Of a stretch of 64,000 bases of DNA, positions 39,895-53,745 are shown one piece after another. Each line of letters begins with the position of its first letter. The stretch's first letter is position 1. Both the position numbers and the translations under genes were made by a program. This DNA comes from Patellaria atrata CBS 101060 (lineage: Eukaryota). Under the pieces are notes generated by a model. That model was given only the letters and a program-made list of their open reading frames with translations. It was not told the origin of the DNA and ran no database searches. The stretch lies in the NCBI GenBank assembly GCA_010093705.1, contig MU006115.1, positions 212,678 through 276,677 on the forward strand, in the 5' to 3' direction.

Positions 39895-39987
39895 GGCATG
39901 ATGGCAGAGTGGTCTAATGCGTGTGACTCGAACTCATATAGATATCACATCTCTTCGGAGGCCCAGGTTCAAATCCTGGTCATGTCG
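39895..39987 (+). tRNA. tRNA-Ser(CGA) with a short intron
   Basis: Acceptor GGCATGA/TCATGTC plus discriminator G, A-box TGGCAGAGTGG, anticodon stem TGTGA/TCACA with CT-CGA-A, intron of about 11 nt, long variable arm, T-arm CCAGG-TTCAAAT-CCTGG, downstream T-runs. Confidence 0.93.
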
Positions 39988-40160
39988 GTTATCTTTTGCA
40001 AATTTTAAACATCATGACGTGGTTTATTTTTTTTTTGTATTAGAACTATATTTTACCTTCGTTACTATTAGAATACTGCCGAATGGAGTTTCTTAATCAA
40101 TAAATATCAGAACTACTCTGTACATTGATTGCTATGGGGTATGAATAGTATATATTTTCC

Positions 40161-41765
40161 CTATATTCGAGCTTTCTCTCTCAAACCCTTAACAACTTCA
40201 TCGAAGACCTCTTCAGCATGCTTCTCCGCATCGTGACCATGAATCCATTCCTCTCGTGGGAACTTTACGAGATCAGGATTGGTTTTGACAGCAACCCAAT
40301 CGGTTTTATGCCACATATCTCTAGTCGTCTCTCCAGTCTTTTGTACAGCTTTCACACGCTCATATCTTATTTCCTGGAAAGCGGTGATTGCATCCTTAAT
40401 CCATTCACCTCGAGTCTCACCACTCCTCCCAAGTGTCTGGTTTTCCTTTCCCTTCACTTGAGATTTAGCTTCAGCTTCTGCCTTCTCAGCAGCCTTTCTC
40501 AAACAGATGGCGATAGTAACCCCGTCTTCCATCGCCTGTGTTGCTCCCTGCGCGGATGTTGGAAGAAATGGATGTGCCGCATCTCCTACTAACGCAATCC
40601 GCCGTCCAGTGCTGACCCATGTGGGCAACGGATCTCTATATACCAGCTTCCAATCCACAAGAAGCTCCGGTGGAGTCTTTGAAACTATCTTGGTGCACAT
40701 AGGATCCCAGTCCTTTAGCAGCTCTAATACATCCGGGAGATGTCCCGGAAACTGCCACGACTCGTCGATGTCCGCCAAATCCCGATGTGTTAGGACCCAG
40801 CAGCAATCGGAGCCATTTTTGATGGTTGAAAAGAGGAAATGTACGTCTTGCCCGATCCAACCCTGAAAGGTGTCACCTTGATTGCAAAAATGGGCTGTTT
40901 CGGGATCGGCGAGCATGTCTTTGCTATCGAACCTGGATCTTGTCAGACAACTGGAGTAAAATTAAGCGGAACCAGTCATATACGAACCATGTTCTCCAGA
41001 CCGCGTAGCCGCTGCTTTTTGGCTTGTCTTCGTATCCAAGAACGAGTTCACGGGCTTTCGAACGGACTCCATCTGCCCCTAATACCACATCCCCTGAGAT
41101 CTGATAACACGTCAGTCTATAGCCACAATTACTGGTCTCCACTTTCTCCACACCTTTTCTCCGCTTTCCAAAACTATTCCAGTTTCTAGTTCAGTCTCGA
41201 AATATTCTTTAACTCTACTATCCAGATGAATCGGAATCGCAAGCTCATCTTTCGCATAGTTAAACACTACGGCATGCAATTCACCTCGATGTCCATTGAT
41301 GATAGGGCTCTCCTTCGGAGGTTTCGGATGAGTCTGGTTGATAATGAATTCTCCGTCGTATTTATGAATGTTAAATCCTTTGTTCTTGATACTTAGCGGA
41401 TCCATCCGTTCTGTGACTGAACCATTGGACCATCCTGCATTTCCGGTCAGTCAATCGAGGTACGCTACGCGGATAAGTGGTATGTACGGTGGAATATTCT
41501 CCCAGCGTTTTGTCCGAACGATATTATATCTCCAAGTTGCTTCAGCTCCGCGAATTTCTCATAGATTTCGACATCGTGGCCTTGTCGGTGGCATTCGATT
41601 GCTGCGGTGAGTCCCGCAAACCCTTCAGATGTTAATGACGATTATTAGAATGAGATGGTATATCTATGGGAATTTACCTGCTCCAACAATTATCACGCGA
41701 ACTCCAGTCTTAGGCCACCCATGGACGTCGTTACTAACGCCATCTCTCACGTTATTGCTCTCCAT
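40161..41765 (-). CDS. FAD-dependent monooxygenase (group A, salicylate-hydroxylase-like), multi-exon
   Basis: VIIVGAG|FAGLTAAIEC, HRGELH, GADGVRS and GDAAHPFLPTSAQGATQAMEDG. An alternative in-frame ATG lies at 41849. Confidence 0.93.
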
Positions 41766-42441
41766 TTCAGGGCTTTTCGTCAATTGAGGAGCAGAATAAC
41801 GCTTCTTGAAAAGGCGATCAAAACACCCTCCAAACACAGATTTAAACATTAAAGCGTTGGCTTGAGGAGGATTTTCGCTTCAAAGTTTCGTGTTTTTCTA
41901 CGCGTGTCACCTTTTTACTACATCAGCTCTATCCATATCATGAAAGCTTCTAGACTCTTGACATATCACGGGTGGACAGCTGGTACAATGGCTACCTTAT
42001 CCTTACATTCCACCGAGCGCCATTAACGGTGGAACTTACTCACTTACGTCCGTATATGTACTGGGTGTTCCGTTTTATCCACTCAAGTCATATGTAAAGT
42101 TAAGCTTTGGCTAGCTACCCCTGTTTCTCATGCAGGTAGTATAAACTACCGGGAGGGGCCCAGGTTGTGGGGTGTTTATTCCGTGCGGGGGGAAGGCCAA
42201 TATAGGATATCTCACTGTACATCTCCGTATAGTTAGAATGCGGTGTCGCCTGACATATTTTGGTGGGTTAGATCTACCTAGTCGGATAGTATATCTAATT
42301 GCCGATACATTGAGATAAGACAGGGGTGTTGGTACGCTCTCCGTTCACGCTCTAACTCTGATAGGTAGTGCATATACTCGCTATGTGCTGCTTCATATAT
42401 CAGAGTAGGAACACACAAACTACCGATTGCAGTAAACAAAC

Positions 42442-43636
42442 ATGACGTCCCATTCAGAATGGGGACAAGAGACAGGCGCACCGGAAATTGCCCAAACATT
42501 CTCTGAGCAGATAAGAGGAAGGACGAGTACGTCAGCGTAAATACCTCCCCTATAGATCATCCCCTTAATCACAACAGTCCTTATCACAGGCGTGAGTCCC
42601 GGTGGCCTTGGATATGCCACCGCTCTCTCCATAGCATCTCAATCACCCTCCCTCCTAATCCTCGCCTCCCGTTCGCCAGAGAAACTAGAAGAAGTCCGCA
42701 CCGACATCCTAAAAACCCACCCAAGCACAACAGTCGACCTGGTGATCCTCGATCTCTCCTCGCAAGAATCCATCCGGCGCGCTGCAGCGGAGGTAACCCA
42801 ACTTACAAAGATTTTAGACGTCCTCATCAACAACGCCGCCGTCGTCTACCAAACCCGTCACCTAACCGCCGAAGGCATAGAAGCACAATTCGGCACCAAC
42901 CACATCGGACACTTCCTCTTCACGTGTCTCCTGTTGCCGAAACTCCTCGCCTCCGCCCAAACCTCCGTTCCCGGCTCGACCCGCATCATCAACCTAACCA
43001 GCGCGGGCCACCGCCTCTCCCCAGTCCGATTTCACGATTACAATTTCGAAGGGAAACCGATCCCGGAAGAGGAGGAGCACTACAAGCCGATTCCGGACTC
43101 CGTGCTCCAGAAGCGGGATGGCTATCCGACGTTCATCGCGTATGGGCAGTGCAAGTCGGCCAACATCCTGTTCACGGTCGGACTGACGAAACGGCTCAAG
43201 GATCAGGGTATTGTGGCATATAGTCCACACCCGGGGAGTAAGCTATCTTAGTTCTAAATTCCTGTTCCTTCAGAATTAATCTTATTAGCGGTGCTAATTT
43301 ACCCTTTGTGGATAGGCATTGCGACAGGCCTGAATAGGGATTTTGACGAGGAGGCGCAGGGCATTGTGAAGTGGAGTGCTAAGTCTTGGAAGACGCTTGA
43401 TCAGGGGGCTGCGACGACTTTGGTTGCGGCTTTTGATCCTGCGCTGAATAGTAAGTACCTACCCGTAACATTGGTCGAAATTATGAGTAAACTGACGGGT
43501 CAAAATAGCTCCTGAGGGTATATACCTAAGTGATTGTCAATACGCGGAGCCGGTGTCGCATGCTTCAGATCCTGTTCTAGCCGATCGTCTTTGGGCACTG
43601 AGTGAAGAGCTCACGGGACAGAAACTCAAATCGTAG
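42442..43636 (+). CDS. Short-chain dehydrogenase (retinol-dehydrogenase/WWOX-like), 4 exons
   Basis: LITGVSPGGLG, LINNAA, QFGTNHIGHFLFT, YGQCK, HPG, QGAATTLVAAFDP and LWALSEEL. Confidence 0.92.
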
Positions 43637-43777
43637 AATAGTGATAAGGTAGAGTTTGTTGCGAGAGAATCTATGCAAACATTTTCCTAGATCTAGCCAC
43701 ATGATCCCTTTCTCCATCTGTTCTATTGTTGAGATAAACCCAATAGGTAGAATTTTACTCAGTACTTAGGCGTTATC

Positions 43778-45760
43778 TCAACCCACAGTCACCGCTGTCT
43801 CAACAGTCGCATTCTTGTCATGCCACACGACCTCCGTGGCGCTTTCCTTTTCCTTAAGGTCTTCATCAGTTCTCCGCATACACTTATAAGCGGGAAACGC
43901 GCGAGCAGGGAGTCGAGCTTCGAACTAGATAAAATCAGTATCACTGCTCGTGATATTAAACCGGTTACATAACATACCATTTCATCAATTTCCTCAAGTG
44001 TGCGATCCTTGACTTCGGGGAGGTAAAAGTAGACGAATCTGCATCAAGTCAGCTCCTTTCAAGACACGATTGGATAGAATAGAGAACTCACAGGATGGAG
44101 ACGATACATGATGGAAACCAAATGTAGCCATATTTCGGTCCCCAGTTCAAGGAATCCGGATTGATAAAATACGGAGCCGTGAATTGCGTGAGCCAAGCAC
44201 CCAAAAATCCCAATGCCGTCGCAATCCCGAAAGTATATGATCGCATCCGTTGAGAGGGTAGTTCACCGCCTGAAATCCAGGCGTATGTCGTTACCATTCC
44301 CTAAATCATCGTCAACTTTCTACGTTCTGCATTTATCTATAGGTAGAAAGACTTACGTTGTATCCGAACATGTAGATTATCGTGAAAGCGACCACAATCT
44401 TGCCGGTCTTGGTTGAATTAGGTTCTATATCATATACCACGGCAACTATCAGTTGACACGCTGCACAAATTGACAATCCACCAATGAGGAACCTTCGTCT
44501 ACGGCCCCATCTGGTGATAAGAGCGGCATTTAGCATGATAGCAGCTAGGGCAACTGCATGGAGAATGCAAGAGTTCTCGAAAGCATCACCAACATGGGCC
44601 ATTTCGAAGAAATACGTGCCGTAGGCTGCTTATGATAAGCTATCACACATGTATAGCCCAGATGTAAACCACTCACCGATGATAAACATTGACCCGGACG
44701 CAGCTTGTGTCTGCAAAGTGCATATTGCAAGAAGAGAACGTCGGCGCTCTACCGGGTCCCGCCACATATCAGCAAAAGCCGTATTCTTCGCAACCTCAGT
44801 CTCTGAATTCAGCGACTCTTGAATATCTGCAAACTCAGCTGCGACCAGGTCGTCTTTCTCTCTGAGCCATTTCAACGACTTTTGAGCTTCATCATTCCTC
44901 CCGTGAAGCATAAGCCATCGAGGAGATTCGGGGATAAAGTAGAGTCCAACAACGAGAATTCCAGGGATGACGTAGATTACTTGGAGGCGTTATTAGCGAT
45001 CATTCCCAAGGAGTGGAGTGAGGAACTTACAGCCAAGTGGAACTATGTAAGAATCTTTTCCTGGTAAATCTTTGGTGAAGTTATCTATAATAGCTCCAAC
45101 AGTACTACCTGAACTACTGTCAGTGTACTGGAAAGATATAACGGCTCTTATACATACCAAGAGACACAAACCACAGAAATACCGATAATGCAAATCCTCG
45201 GTACCTTGCGGGAGAACATTCTTGAAGATACAATTGGGAGAACGTCATAAAACCGCCATTACCGAACCCGATTACCAAACGCGCCACATAAAGGGCTTCA
45301 ATGCTGGTCGTGGTCATCATTATCACATTGGCCACAATACAGATGATACAACTAATCCACATTGCCAATTTACGTCCCATATATTTTGAAATCGGCCCTG
45401 AAATTGTAAGTTCAGTGTCGCAGACGATTAAGTAACAAACGTACCTGCCGCAAAGGACGTAACAAAAGCGCCGAGAGTCATTAGTGAAGAAATCAGCTGT
45501 TGTCTATCGTGGGCAATGTTGTAACCTATGGGGCTCGCAGGATCTACATGTCCGTACACCTGTCCACTATGAGTCAACAAACATTCTAGAAATACTTTTT
45601 ACACGTTAAAGGTTACCTTTAGAAATCCAGGCATTGCTTGCAAACCAGCAATCAGACCAAAGTCAATACCGTACTGAAAAGGAGACATGGCAACAAGGAA
45701 ACAAGCTATGAAACACTTCCAATTAGCTCTGAAGCCACTTTGGTAATACGTCTGCGCCAT
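43778..45760 (-). CDS. MFS sugar-porter family transporter (maltose/alpha-glucoside-permease-like), multi-exon
   Basis: SPFQYGIDFG, GRK, YLQECSPARYRG, IPESPRWL, WGRRR, GELPSQRMR and LPEVKDRTLEEIDEMF. Confidence 0.93.
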
Positions 45761-46923
45761 AATCTGGCAGTATCACTTCTGATGATTAGGTGTTGAGACA
45801 GTGTAGAAGACTGGAAAGAGCATTCGAACAAGAGCTTAAGGAAGATTTACAGATGCAAAGGAAAGCAATGCAAGGTGTTCACGTGTAGTCAAGTAACCTG
45901 ATTTGCATGTCTACAAGAGAATACGATCTACGCATGGAAATATGGCAATTTGGACAAGGGGATGGTGTTCACACTGAGGGGTCAGGGCTATCTTCCCGAT
46001 GTAGACAGTTTCCAGACGGGATAACGGATTCCTCGTGGGCGACGAATATCATTATTCAGTTCAATTTGCTCGAATCTAATAACTGTGACTTTGATCTTGC
46101 ATGCTCGCCCTTGATAAATTATACCAGAAGCTGGAGATTGCAATGACCTTGCACGGGGAGTGGCGAGCACCTGGATAGCCGAAATCGACACGAAGACATG
46201 TAAAGGGCATGCCATAACAGATTCCATGTTGTTATAGGTGGCGAGCAACCGTGAGCTGAAATGGGTCACAGTTGGGCTCTAAACAGCTAGTCTTTTGCAA
46301 CAAGATGCACCATTATCTCCTCTAGAATGAGTGAGATGGTTAAGCTACATGATCAGAAGTAAATGTAGGATATCCTTGAAGGTTTTCACCACATACAAAC
46401 CTGGCATTAGTTAGCAGGAAGAAGAATCGGGAGGGATTGGAAGTACAGACTGTTACGACTACTTTATCTCACGTCGGCAGATAGATGTAGCTGGGGTCAA
46501 TTACAAATGAATGTAGAATCCAGGCTCTTCAGACAAGGTGAATTCCAATGAAGTGGTTCGAATTGAGTTTCGCTGTCGGTCCTTAGCCGTTCTTAGCCTA
46601 TATATGTAGCATCTGATTGAGTTCGATAGGACAGCTGGTGGGGTACGGGACTAGTATTCGAGCATCCTAGCAACCCCCCTCATCCCCCATCAACTCCTAA
46701 TACAACTGATCTACAGTGGAGGAGAAAATAATGTCGCAGCAGGTAGGAAATCGCCTACCCGATGTATTACTTGTATCGGAACTTAAAATAGGCCCGAAAG
46801 GCTAGAGTCAGTCCGTCCTAATCTTTTCCAATTGTTTTTTTAGATTTGGTCTTCATTCGAGAATTGTCACCACAGAGGTAGCAACGCAAGAGAATCTGTG
46901 CACCAAGAGCTTATAGTTCCAAG

Positions 46924-48915
46924 ATGCTTCAAGAACAAGGCTTGCTCTCAAGCGCAGACTACTCTCAGCTTTTCCGCATCATACTCCTGTTCGGACTTGC
47001 GATATCGATAGTCGACTATGGATACATGCTATGGTTACACTGGAAAATGGTTAATACTTCATATAAGCATGGAAAGAAGGCTCCTGCTGACGGTACAAGC
47101 CCCCAGGGCCGTTACCTTTACCAATCATTGGGAATACGCATCAGTTACCGGACAATAAGCCTTGGCTACTATTCGAGAAGTTAGCCCAGGACTATAAAAC
47201 ACCAATAATAACTTTTTGGGTACATCATCAACTTACCAGTTGACGAAATGAATGTGCTGACCAGAGTCCACGTAGATTGGTAGAAATCCTACCGTTTGGG
47301 TTTGTGTCTTCACTTCAGTAAGGGATAGCTTATATCCTAATGGATGTAGATAAATGATGCCTGGGCGGCTTCCGATCTTCTGGATCGGCGAGCAAACATT
47401 TATTGTTCTCGGCCCCGGATGATAGGTACCAAACGTCATTTCGAACTCGCAGAGGAAGAAACTGACCAGCTGCTAGTTTTCGCTGAACTTGGTAGTGGCC
47501 AAGATAATGTTGTAAACATGTACTACGGCGAGCGCTGGAGGGTCCACCGGCGGATTATGCATCAAAATATCGGTATACAGCAAGTCAAGAAGCACGGCGC
47601 CTTCCAAAATCTTGAGAGTAAAGTTGTCGCATTTGATCTATTGACAAGTCCGGAGGAATATGTCTCTCATTTTGAAAGATATGCAACAAGTGTAGTATCC
47701 ATCATTGGTTTTGGTAGACGAGTGAGCTCGTCACAAGATCCGATTATCACTGAGGTAATTGCGGTTATGCACAAAGCCGCAGATCTGAATGTTCCGGGAA
47801 AAACGTAAGTTTACCTAATGAGTAACTAAGATCTCATATCTGACATTCCGATAGATTTCCCATGATGATTGAGACGTTCCCGGGTAGGCTTTCAAGAGTA
47901 AACGCGATTTAATCACTTACTCAATGTCTATAGTTTTGGCGAAAGTGCCAGAGAAATGGGCTCCATGGAGGAAAGGACTTGGTGACAGAAGAAGAAAAGG
48001 AGGTAAGGACTCAAAGGGGAATAGACAATAAATAAACAACTGATCGACAAAGGTCACTACTTCTTTCACTCCCTTGCCGACGAAGCGAACCGAAGGGAAG
48101 GGCACGAGGATAGTTATGTTAAGAAAGTCTTTAAAGAGCAACCAAAATATAATCTTAGACCAGAGGAAATATCTGCCTTAACAGGAAACCTTTTCGGGGC
48201 TGGTGCAGATACATCCGCCTCTACTCTTATTACGTTCGTATTGGCCTGCTGCGCATTCCCAGAAATGATGAAGCCAGCTTGGGAGGAGCTTGACCGTGTT
48301 GTTGGCCCTTACCGTAGTCCTTCGTTTGATGACGAAAAGAATCTTCCGTATGTCCGAGCATTCGTCAAAGAAGTGTTCCGGTGGAGGTCAGTTGCAATCA
48401 TCGGAGGCCAACCGCATGCACCGATTCAAGACGACTACTATAAGGGCTGGTACATTCCAAAGAATACTTGGGTCCAAGGGAATGTATGGGCAATTCATCA
48501 TAATGAACGTGAATTTCCCGATCCAGATCGTTTTAACCCAGGAAGGTTCTTGGAAGGCAGTAAAGATCACCGACCATTCCCAGCAGAAAAGGGGTACATG
48601 ACCTTCGGATGGGGTCGTCGAGTCTGTAGTGGTCAAGCATTAGCAGAGCAGGGAACGTACATTACAATAGCCAGAATACTATGGGGCTTCAACATCCGAA
48701 AAGCCCGCGACAAGCAGGGAACTGAAATTCCAGTGGACATATTCAAGTATACAAACGGATTGAATATGAGACCAGAGCCCTTCAAATGTCAATTCGTACC
48801 CCGTTCGGAGGAGATTAGAGAAACGATCGAAAGGGAGGGAAGAGCGGCTTTAGATGAATTGCAAATATACGAAGGTACCACGGAATACAAGATGTCGGAC
48901 TTCTATAAAAAATAG
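46924..48915 (+). CDS. Cytochrome P450 monooxygenase with several micro-exons
   Basis: PPGPLPLPIIGN, YGERWR, I-helix GAGADT, EVFR, WAIHH..PDRFNP and heme motif FGWGRRVCSG. Confidence 0.95.
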
Positions 48916-49308
48916 ACCTAGTACTGTATAGAATTTACGTACGAGATAGATGTAATGGACTTGTGAACCAACCCGTAAAACTATCTTCCTCAGCTTCTAT
49001 GGGACTTCGGATAAGTACCTCTGCCCCGTCATGAGATTTTCACGGTCACTGTACGGTCATTCTCATATTTCGCGTCAAGAGAGCCAAAATCGCAAAAAGA
49101 ACTATTAGCCGTATTTGCACACTACTGAATTAGATGTACAAACTCTACGTATGCTCTTGAAATTTTCCCAACTTGCCTGGATAAACGCTTGAAAATGTAT
49201 GTATGGTACAGAAAGAACACGTGGAATCTGACCGTACAGCGACCACATATTGATTGAGACTTCAAAATCAACAGTTATGGTAAAGTCAAAGTAGTGAGAT
49301 TGACAATG

Positions 49309-49603
49309 TGTTAGATAAACTGGATCTGCAGGTGCACTGAGTATATCGCTTGATTTGCTACTACTGAGAGATGCGGACTATTTGTATACAGAGCGAAGAC
49401 AACGAGCATGAATCAAAGGAAATGTAAGGGAACTGCAATCACTGGGAATCACCGTATATCGAGTATTGACGAATATATTAAGACTAGAGATTTCCAGTAG
49501 CTATGGAGTGGGCAACTTGATGTTGGAGTTGCCCAGAGATCTAATCTGATAAAAAAGGTCACGTGATAGGAGGAATGAGATTTGTGGTAAGGGAACCGTG
49601 ACA
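49309..49603 (-). repeat. 3' LTR (about 295 bp) preceded by a polypurine tract
   Basis: On the minus strand GGGGAGGGGGGTAG is followed by TGTCACGG...TCTAACA. The left boundary is inferred from TG..CA termini only. Confidence 0.7.
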
Positions 49604-52509
49604 CTACCCCCCTCCCCGAGCGGCTACTCCGAAGCCGTGCACTTCCGATGCTCGAAACTCACTTGCTAATCATCTACTATGCACCCCCTAGTAGCTTCGT
49701 GCTTCTTGTTGTTGCATTTGTCACGTCACGTCGAGGTATGTCTGATAACGTCAGTTCGTTGGAACGTTCTGCAATTCGTAGCTTGAATCTGAAGACGGAG
49801 CTCATGCTGTAGTCAGGCTGCTTTTGTTTAGTCTATCTTCTAACTTAAATGTTTGGATCTGCTGTTAGTCCGGAGGCAGATATGCTAATTTGTAGGAAGT
49901 CCTAGTAACCGCCTTAGTCGGCACGGTGGTCGTTACTTCGGAGAAGCAGAGCGCCCCCTTAATTTGGTATCATCTAGAGAGTCTGTTACTACGTAGTGAT
50001 CTCCTCCGGATACTAACAGTGAGTCCATCAGATGTTCCCATTGTTCGCGCTTGCTAAACAGCTCGTGTGGTCCAGGTTTTGCCGGGTAAGCTTCATGAAA
50101 TCGTTGTACCTCTCCTGGGCAGTGTAGCATATTCGGCCAGTCGTTCCAGCTATTGTCGCTATCCGGAAACCCTTTCCATTTTACTAAGTAACGCAGCAAG
50201 CCTTTCTTCCGTGTGATTGGATCGTTCGATCTCCTATCTATCTTCGAGTTCAATATCATTTCCACTTCATATTCCGCGGAACCGTCGTCGTGTGTTTGCG
50301 CTGGTTGTGGCGCTTCTTCAATCTGCACTGGCAGCGGCGTGGTGTCTTGTAGATGAAGTAGAAATGAATGGAACACTGGAAAGATCTTCATGGTTTTAGG
50401 AAGTTTCAGCTCGTAAGCAGCGTTGTCTATGACTCGTATAATTTCGAATGGACCTTCGTGCTTATGGTCAAGCTTCTTGTTCGGACGTATGGTCTTTATA
50501 TTCCTTGTGTCAAGCATGACTCTATCGCCGACGCGTAGCTCTGGTGCTGGCATCCTCGTGCGGTCTGTGGCTTCTTTCTGCTTTGCCTGCGCCCATAACA
50601 TATTAGCTCTTAGCTCCTTTCGTAGGCGCTCGATTCTTTCTATAGTGAATCCGCGGCTTTGATGTCTCTGATCTGAGGAGCTGGTGTCGTTATGCGTGAC
50701 GGCAGTGGTAGTGGTGGTTCTAGTCCGCATCTCGGTTGGTAACCCTTTGTAGCTTCGAACGGGGATATTCCAGTGGTCTCGCTCTTGTGCGAATTGGCCT
50801 CGAATTCGGCTACAGCGATAAAATCTACCCATTCATCTTGGTTGAAATTGACGAAGCAGCGTGGGTATGCTTTCAGCACGCCGTTAGCATTCTCAGTTTG
50901 GCCATCTGTCTCCGGGTGCCATGCTGTGGATAGTTTTGGCTTTGTGCCCACTCTCTGACAGAGTCGTCTCTAGAAATGCGCGACGAACTGCGACCCCCTG
51001 TCGGAAACTATGCTCTGTGGGTAGCCTTCTTCTCTCCAGATCCAGTCTATGTATGCTGTTACCACGTCTTCAACCTCGAGTCCTGGAATTGGTATAAACT
51101 TCTTCTTCTTCGATAAGCGATCTACAACCACTAAAATGTGTTTATACGTTCTACCGTTTCTCGAGCAAGATGGTAGTTCTACGATGAAGTCCATTGCTAT
51201 GTCCTTCCAATATCTATCCGGCACTGGAAGCGGTCGAAGTACCCCGTGTTTCCTCTCGTGATATACCCCGGATTGTCTACAAATGATACAAGCCTTGACG
51301 TATTGGGCGACTGTTGCTGTCATCTTTGGTCAGTAGTAGAATTGGCTGATCCTCTCATATATGGTTATGCGTCCGGCGTGGCCCGTAGGGAGCGACTTGT
51401 GCCAGCTATCGAGTATCTTGGTGCGTAGCTCCGCGTTGTCAGGAATCCATATTCTGCCTCGGTGTAGTAGCAATCCGTTCTGTATAACGCAGTCGCCCAG
51501 CTCAACTCTTAAACCTCGTTTGATGAGTTCCATTGGTATGCGTCTATCGCCTTTCCTTTTGCACAATAGGATTGTCTGGATGGTCTCGTCATTCTCGGAA
51601 GACTCTTTGATCTGCTTGAGTATCTCTTCTATAGATGCCGTGTCGTTTCTGCCTGGCTCCTCTGGGTCTGTATTAGCACCGAGTTCTGGTGGTTGTTCTT
51701 CGCTTAGGTTATAGATTATTGCGGTGAGTTCGGCGGTGTCTAGTTGTACCCTATCTGTGATTACTATGGCTAGGTGGATAGCTCTTATAGAGTTCTTGTC
51801 TATATTCTCCGGTCGTAGTATGCTGCGAATTTGATGCATCTTTCTGGGATCGGTGTCTGATAAGGGTAGGTCTTAAGATCCTCTGGTAAGCGCGTCTGGT
51901 TTTGTCCCTTGCCTTCCTGGTCTATACGAGATCTTGAAGTTGAATTCGGATAGGAACTCGGCCCATCGTGCTTGTCGGCGATTTAGCACCTTTGTTATCA
52001 TGAATCGTTCCAGGTTTTGGTGATCTGTGATCACTTGAATGGGGTCGTCTTCCGCCGTTCCCATCAACTCTGGCTTCCATTCCTCGAAGGCACGGACAAT
52101 CGCGAGTAGCTCTTTATCGTAGATGTCGTAATTACATTTAGCCGGCGATATCTTCTTAGAAAGGAACGCGACCAGTCTTAGTATGCCGTTATCGTCTAAT
52201 TATGATAGGACTGCTGCTACTACGTAGTCTAAAGCGTCCGTCTCGAGCTAGGACTCCTTATCTGGGTCGAAATATGCTAGGATTGGTGCTGATGTAAAAG
52301 ATCTCTTTAGGGTATCGAAAGCCCTTTATTCGTCGCTATCCTCGTGCTAAGGGTGTAGGTGTACTCTATATTCTATCTTTATTAAGCGTGCTAGTGGTGC
52401 TACTATAGTTAAGTAGCCCTTTATAAATCTTCTATAGAAGTTCGCTAGATTTAAGAATACTTAAATATCTTTTAAATATTAGAGTATTTATTAATTAATA
52501 ATAGTTATA
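49309..52509 (-). mobile_element. Ty3/gypsy chromovirus retrotransposon, 3' part (RNase H, integrase, chromodomain, PPT, 3' LTR), RIP-damaged
   Basis: [52 protein letters not shown] and chromodomain YEVEMIL..YLVKWKGF. Several RIP-type stops. Confidence 0.95.
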
Positions 52510-53745
52510 ACGTAAAGCATCACCGAGTGTCGCACACCACCGAGTGTCGCAGAATTTCTTGGCAGCTATTACCTCTACTACAACACGAAATGTCTCAATA
52601 ACAACAAGATAATAAAGCTCAACAAGAAGGCCGAATAGAGCTTGCACTTCAAGCCTATAAGGAAGGCCAATTTCGAAGCCTACGACGCGCCGCCGCCGCG
52701 TATAACGCGTGCCCACGAAAGCTTCAGCGAAGATACAACCAAACCCTCGCCCGAGCCAATTGCCAGCCTAATTGCCAGAAGCTCACCGCGACCGAAGAGC
52801 AAACGATCGTCCGATATATTCTTGACCTCGATTCGCGAGGATTTGCGCCCCGGCTGTGTGAGGTAGCAGATATGGCAGANNNNNNNNNNNNNNNNNNNNN
52901 NNNNNNNNNNNNNNNNNNNNNNNNNNNNNNNNNNNNNNNNNNNNNNNNNNNNNNNNNNNNNNNNNNNNNNNNNNNNNNNNNNNNNNNNNATGACGACGAC
53001 GTCCACAATTTCGACGAGACTGGCTTCCAGATGGGTGTAATTGGGTTAATGAAAGTTGTTACAGGCGCAGAGAGGCGTACGAGGCCTAATCTTATCCAGC
53101 CAGGCGATCGGGAGTGGGTTACAGTCATCTAGAGCATCTGCGCTGCAGGGTACGCGATCCCACCCTTCATCATCTACAAAGGCCGCGTCCACATCTCTGC
53201 ATGGTACGAGGAGACAGATATACCGCGCAACTGGAAGATCTCAGTCTCTGAGAACGGCGCGTACGGTAGGGGTATACCGGCTACTTATCCTCGACGGCCA
53301 TGAGAGCCACCTTAACTAGGATTTCAAGGATTACTGCCTAGAGAACAAGATCTTAACGCTCTATATACCTCCTCACTTATCGCATATACTCCAACCACTT
53401 GACGTAGTCTACTTTTCGCCATTAAAGCGCAAGTACTCCTAGCGCGTTCGAGACTTAACACGCCGGCGCGTCTTCTATATTAATAAAGAGGGCTTTCTAT
53501 CAGCCTTTAAGGACGCGTTTTTTGACGTATTTATAGAGGAGAACTATCGTAAAGCCTTTAAGGTATTAGGCCTTATCCCTATCAACGTGTAGGTAGTGCT
53601 AGATCGTCTTAAAATACGCCTATATACTCTATTAAAACCCCTACCACTATAGACGCCGTGGTAATTAAAGATTTTAAGTAATACACTTAAATTTAAATTG
53701 TAATTAAAGCTTATACGAGATTCTATTACTAAATCGTCTATTATA
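52510..53745 (+). mobile_element. pogo/Fot1-like Tc1-mariner DNA transposon, truncated and RIP-damaged
   Basis: TA then ACGT-starting terminus with tandem CACCGAGTGTCGCA. HTH (EGRIELAL..SLRRAAAAY), CENP-B-like helix, and DDE motifs NFDETGF, LLILDGHESH and HILQPLDV. Spans an N gap. Confidence 0.9.

Noticed and set aside
52521..52551. Tandem 14-bp repeats as a CRISPR-like array
   Set aside because: Only two copies with a 3-nt spacer, in a eukaryotic transposon terminus.
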